A stretch of 64,000 nt of DNA from Planctomycetota bacterium (GTDB lineage: Bacteria > Planctomycetota > JAMOSO01). The DNA lies in assembly GCA_027063065.1 (NCBI GenBank), contig JAMOSO010000003.1, positions 1,524 through 65,523 of the forward strand. Direction: 5' to 3'. The translations under genes were made by a program, and so were the position numbers. Below the pieces are notes generated by a model. The model made no database searches, was not told where the DNA came from, and saw only the letters and a list, made by a program, of their open reading frames with translations. This document shows positions 60,334 to 64,000 of this stretch, piece after piece. The first letter of the stretch is position 1; each line of letters opens with the position of its first letter.

Positions 60334-61130
60334 GCATCCATCCAAGCGCAGTTATTGGCAACAAAGTCAAGCTTGCTGAGGATGTGATTATTGGACCTTT
60401 TTGCCATATAGATGGAGATGTTACTATTAGCTCTGGATGTGTCTTAGACTCTCATGTACGCATAACGGGTCATACTTGTATTGGTAAAAATAATAAAATC
60501 TTTTCTTTTGCCAACATAGGTGTAGTTCCTCAAGATTTAAAATTTAAAGGCGAACCTAGCCAAGTTATTATTGGTAATAATAATACTATACGTGAATATG
60601 TCAGTATTCATTTAGGTACTCAAGGTGGCGGAAGTAAAACTATTATTGGCAATCAAAATCTAATTATGGCTTATGTACATATTGCCCACGATTGCGCTAT
60701 TGCCAACAACTGCATTTTGGCAAATGCTACGCAACTAGCCGGTCATATACATATTCAGAATAATGTTAATGTTGGTGGTGCAACTTGTGTGCATCATTTT
60801 GTCACTATTGGCAAAGGCGCAATGATTGGCGGTATGAGCCGTATCAATAAAGATTGTTTGCCGTTTTCCATTACAGAGGGCAGTCCCGCTAAAACACGTG
60901 GATTAAATTCTATTGGTTTAAGTCGCAACGGATATAGTAAAGATGACATTAGTGCCTTAAAAAAAGCTGTACGAATCTATTACAAAGCAGATGAAAACGC
61001 AAGTGCTGCCCTTGAAACAATCAAAGCAGATAAAACTCTCAATGCCAATGAACATGTGCAATATATGGTAGATTTTTTAACCAGCACCGCGCAGGGAGAA
61101 TATGGCCGAGCCCTTGAAGGTAGCCGATAA
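60330..61130 (+). CDS. lpxA: acyl-ACP--UDP-N-acetylglucosamine O-acyltransferase
   Basis: 266 aa, MSIHPSAVIG…, hexapeptide repeats, C-terminal helical domain. Confidence 0.9.
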   Translation: MSIHPSAVIGNKVKLAEDVIIGPFCHIDGDVTISSGCVLDSHVRITGHTCIGKNNKIFSFANIGVVPQDLKFKGEPSQVIIGNNNTIREYVSIHLGTQGGGSKTIIGNQNLIMAYVHIAHDCAIANNCILANATQLAGHIHIQNNVNVGGATCVHHFVTIGKGAMIGGMSRINKDCLPFSITEGSPAKTRGLNSIGLSRNGYSKDDISALKKAVRIYYKADENASAALETIKADKTLNANEHVQYMVDFLTSTAQGEYGRALEGSR

Positions 61131-62232
61131 TATTCTAATTTTTGCTGGCGAAGCCTCTGGGGATGCCTACGGGGCTTTGCTAATAAAAGAATTGCGAGCC
61201 ATAAATAATAATTTAAATATTTACGGTGGTGGTGGGTCTAATATGCTAAAAGCAGGTTTAAACCCAATTTATACAATCGACAACTTAAGTGTTATGGGGC
61301 TAGTTGAAGTTATTTCTATTATACCTAGCCTATTAAAAATCAAAAAAAGCATCATAGCTTTTGCCAAAAACAACCAACCTAAAGTAGCTATTTTTATTGA
61401 TTATCCTGGCTTTCACGTACCTTTAGCCAAAAAATTAAAGCAATTAAATATACCGATATTATATTATATTAGCCCAAAAATTTGGGCATATCGTGAAAAA
61501 CGCATCACAAAAATTATATCATCTATTAACCAGTTAGCTTCGATATTTGATTTTGAAAAAGCTATTTACACACGCTATGGATTTGATAACTGCCACTTTG
61601 TTGGACATCCTATAGTAGATGTATTAAAAACCTCTGGAGCATTAGCTACTAAGCCACATACTAATTTAATTGGTATTTTACCCGGTTCACGAAACTCAGA
61701 AATCGCTAAACTATTGCCCACTATGATAGAGGCGTGCAAATTACTTAAGCAAGAAAATCCACAATTAAAATTTTGGCTTAGCTGTGTAAATAATTTTAAC
61801 AATCAATATTATAAAAATTTAATAGGTGAATTTAAAATTGATTTTATCAAACAAGATTTGCACCTAAATATTGCAAAATCGTTTGCCATTATTGGAGCCT
61901 CTGGAACAGTAAACTTAGAAATGGCATATTTAGGCATACCTTCTGTAATTACATATAAATTGGCCCCTCTCACACATAGTATTGCAAAGCGAATTATCAA
62001 AATACCCCATGCGTCTCCTGTAAATATTATTATGCAAGAAGAATTATACCCCGAGTTGTTGCAAAATTTATGTAACCCTCAAAACATCTACAAAACTGTT
62101 AAAGAACTAATATACAATACACAAGTTCGTAACACACAACTACGCAAACTACACATATTTAAAAAGCAATTGGGATTAGCTGGCGCTAGTGAGCGTGTTG
62201 CCAAAATGGCCATCAACTTAATGGCTAAATAA
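61102..62232 (+). CDS. lpxB: lipid-A-disaccharide synthase
   Basis: 376 aa, …IFAGEASGDAYGALLIKEL… GT-B fold LpxB family. Overlaps lpxA 3' end. Confidence 0.85.
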   Translation: MAEPLKVADNILIFAGEASGDAYGALLIKELRAINNNLNIYGGGGSNMLKAGLNPIYTIDNLSVMGLVEVISIIPSLLKIKKSIIAFAKNNQPKVAIFIDYPGFHVPLAKKLKQLNIPILYYISPKIWAYREKRITKIISSINQLASIFDFEKAIYTRYGFDNCHFVGHPIVDVLKTSGALATKPHTNLIGILPGSRNSEIAKLLPTMIEACKLLKQENPQLKFWLSCVNNFNNQYYKNLIGEFKIDFIKQDLHLNIAKSFAIIGASGTVNLEMAYLGIPSVITYKLAPLTHSIAKRIIKIPHASPVNIIMQEELYPELLQNLCNPQNIYKTVKELIYNTQVRNTQLRKLHIFKKQLGLAGASERVAKMAINLMAK

Positions 62233-62233
62233 T

Positions 62234-62929
62234 ATGACACTCAAAAAAACATATTTTAGCCTAATCGAAGTTATCATTGCAATTGGCATTATCGCTGGCA
62301 TTATGGGGGTTACTTATGGATTTATGCGACAAGGATTATTAGTACGCGAACACAGCAAACAAATATCACGTCAAATCCGCCTTGAACATAATTTACTTAA
62401 TACTATATCTAAAGACATACAAGGTGCTCAATGGATAGATGCAAGCCCTATTGAAATTTTTAATCTTCAAAAAGACAAAGTACACCCTAGCTCATCAAAA
62501 CTGCAAATGTTGAGCTTTTCTAAGTTATATAACCCAGAAACCCAAACCAATACATATCTTAACCAAATAACGTACGCAATCGACTTAATGCCAAATGGTG
62601 AAAACTACGCCTTGTATAGGCAAAAAATAAGCTTAAACGACCTCAAAGACGACTCCAATAATTGGGAATATATATATGGCCCTATTACTGATTTTACTGT
62701 ACAAGTTTGGGATAAAGACAAGTCTGATTGGTTGGATAAATTCTCTAGTGGTAAATCTAAAGCCTTGCCAAATATCGTACAAATTATCATACAATTACCT
62801 AAAACCGATTTGCAAAATAAAAGTATTATTTTTCAACGTAAAATTGTTTTGCATAATAATACAACCTTTAAAAAGGCTAAACTAGAATCAAATAATGAAA
62901 TATCAAAACAACATTTGTCCGGATCATAA
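62234..62929 (+). CDS. prepilin-type N-terminal domain protein (minor pseudopilin-like, T2SS/T4P GspI/J-like)
   Basis: 231 aa. MTLKKTY|FSLIEVIIAIGIIAGIMG… has F+1, E+5 and the hydrophobic helix of class III signals, but Tyr instead of Gly at -1. Starts 1 nt after lpxB stop. Confidence 0.5.
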   Translation: MTLKKTYFSLIEVIIAIGIIAGIMGVTYGFMRQGLLVREHSKQISRQIRLEHNLLNTISKDIQGAQWIDASPIEIFNLQKDKVHPSSSKLQMLSFSKLYNPETQTNTYLNQITYAIDLMPNGENYALYRQKISLNDLKDDSNNWEYIYGPITDFTVQVWDKDKSDWLDKFSSGKSKALPNIVQIIIQLPKTDLQNKSIIFQRKIVLHNNTTFKKAKLESNNEISKQHLSGS

Positions 62930-63572
62930 TAATACATTACTAAAAATAAGCACTATCGTATCACTCACGTTGCATATTGCATTAAGTCCTATCGTCACTA
63001 AATTATTATATTTGCATAAACAAAAAGATAAAACTAATCACATATTAATTACAGAAATATTAGATAATGTTTCGCAAGGGACTAATCATAAAACAAAATG
63101 TATTTCCCATAGTCAAGTTATAGGTGTTACTCCTATCGATATAGATACTATAACACTAGAAACGCCTCTACAACCCCATTGCACACCTTATCAAAAAACA
63201 ACCGTTGAAACATTACGCAAAAACGACATCAAACATAACACTACAATATCAAGACGTAAAAATATACCTCTTTCACGAAAGCCTCTACATTTACAACGCA
63301 AATATACAAAGACAATAGCCAAAACTATTCTATCAAATATACCGCAAATTGATTTACAAAATGCACCTAAAAACAACGCAAAAGTAATGATTAAAGTTGT
63401 GATTAACCCAGTAAATGGATTTCTCAAAAATATATCAATTTTAAAAAGTTCTAATAATTGGGCATTAGATCAAGCGGGTATTATGGCTATTAAAAAATCA
63501 ATGCCCTTTCCACCATTAGACATCCCATTAGATAAAATTGTTTTTATTATACCAATTACATATAAACGCTAA
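62895..63572 (+). CDS. TonB C-terminal-domain protein (N-terminal TM anchor, Pro/Thr/Lys-rich spacer, TonB_C-like fold)
   Basis: 225 aa. TM ISTIVSLTLHIALSPIV. C-terminal …AKVMIKVVINPVNGFLKNISILKSSNNWALDQAGIMAIKKSMPFPPLDIPLDKIVFIIPITY matches the TonB_C pattern. Overlaps upstream ORF by 35 nt, so start codon uncertain. Confidence 0.5.
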   Translation: MKYQNNICPDHNNTLLKISTIVSLTLHIALSPIVTKLLYLHKQKDKTNHILITEILDNVSQGTNHKTKCISHSQVIGVTPIDIDTITLETPLQPHCTPYQKTTVETLRKNDIKHNTTISRRKNIPLSRKPLHLQRKYTKTIAKTILSNIPQIDLQNAPKNNAKVMIKVVINPVNGFLKNISILKSSNNWALDQAGIMAIKKSMPFPPLDIPLDKIVFIIPITYKR

Positions 63573-64000
63573 TTAGCTTTGTAATGTCCATTGAATTGAA
63601 ATAACATCATTGGTTACAGATTTAATACGTTTATAAATTTTGTCAAATATCACATCAGTTTTATTGCGTTTGAAAATTCTTACATTAGCTACAATTGAAT
63701 ACTCGCCCTGTACACTATTGTATTTAAAATTAACGTGTTGTAATTTACTAAATTCTTTAACCGCATCTATAACCTTAGAAGTATCATTATCCGCAGTTAA
63801 TTTTATTTTAATACTGCGATACGAATGTGATGGTAACATATTTTCTATAATGCTAACCGAAGTCAAAACTATAATCGCTAAAAAAGTTGCAATAACTGCC
63901 ACAACAATATGACCAGAACCACAGGCCATACCTATACCAGCAACAATCCACATACAAGATGCTGTAGTTAAACCCCTAATATTAATTCCAGATTTAATAA
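63573..64000 (-). CDS. mgtC: MgtC/SapB family membrane protein (partial, N-terminus beyond window end)
   Basis: Reverse frame is open to the window edge. …GLTTASCMWIVAGIGMACGSGHIVVAVIATFLAIIVL… matches the MgtC signature, followed by the cytoplasmic ACT-like C-domain. ORF track reports only the 126-aa portion from an internal Met. Confidence 0.6.
   Translation of the reverse strand, partial: IKSGINIRGLTTASCMWIVAGIGMACGSGHIVVAVIATFLAIIVLTSVSIIENMLPSHSYRSIKIKLTADNDTSKVIDAVKEFSKLQHVNFKYNSVQGEYSIVANVRIFKRNKTDVIFDKIYKRIKSVTNDVISIQWTLQS

Noticed and set aside
1-64000. Scan for mobile elements, integrases, toxin-antitoxin pairs, restriction-modification or other defence genes
   Set aside because: No transposase/integrase-like ORFs, terminal inverted repeats, tRNA-adjacent islands with GC shift, or defence-type domains were recognisable. 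Accessory content is limited to the filament genes, the FHA/CheY module and the pseudopilin/TonB pair.

Overview
This 64 kb window is low-GC (about 35-40% G+C by eye) and is mostly core genome of a Gram-negative, flagellated bacterium that uses sigma-54. Lineage cannot be assigned from sequence alone. The rpoB-rpoC fusion is known from Helicobacter and Wolbachia. The LpxC-FabZ fusion and long-form PurF are more typical of Bacteroidetes/FCB-like lineages. The flagellin, sigma-54 and pilins fit neither group cleanly.

Minus strand, 1-24.9 kb: the 3' end of rpoA, then rpsK, rpsM, rpmJ, secY and the complete spc/S10 ribosomal-protein operons up to rpsJ. Upstream of these lie rpsL, an in-frame rpoB-rpoC fusion (2617 aa), rplL, rplJ, rplA, rplK, nusG, secE, rpmG, tRNA-Trp and tuf. 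A four-tRNA cluster (Thr-Tyr-Gly-Thr) precedes tuf in the same order as E. coli thrU-tyrU-glyT-thrT-tufB. rpsG and fusA are absent between rpsL and rpsJ. Two tandem terminator hairpins and a candidate S10-leader attenuator sit between them.

25-35 kb: a Na/Pi cotransporter; an isolated flagellin gene with a near-consensus sigma-28 promoter; and a divergently oriented, monocistronic type IV pilin-like gene. A co-directional recR-rpoN-comF-purF cluster and a Dabb-domain gene follow.

35-47 kb, one minus-strand gene string: CheY-like receiver, TM/coiled-coil protein, mreB, mreC, a large double-FHA transmembrane protein sitting where mreD is expected, then pyrG, carB, carA.

47-64 kb: smpB, an amidase, uxaC, prs-rplY-pth, rpsF-ssb-rpsR-rplI-dnaB, bamA-skp-lpxD-lpxC/fabZ(fused)-lpxA-lpxB, a pseudopilin-like gene, a TonB-C-domain gene and a partial mgtC.

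No CRISPR array, transposase, integrase, toxin-antitoxin or recognisable defence-system gene was seen. The most unusual architecture is the mreBC-FHA-receptor/CheY module and the flagellin/pilin/recR-rpoN-comF filament/competence-like neighbourhood.
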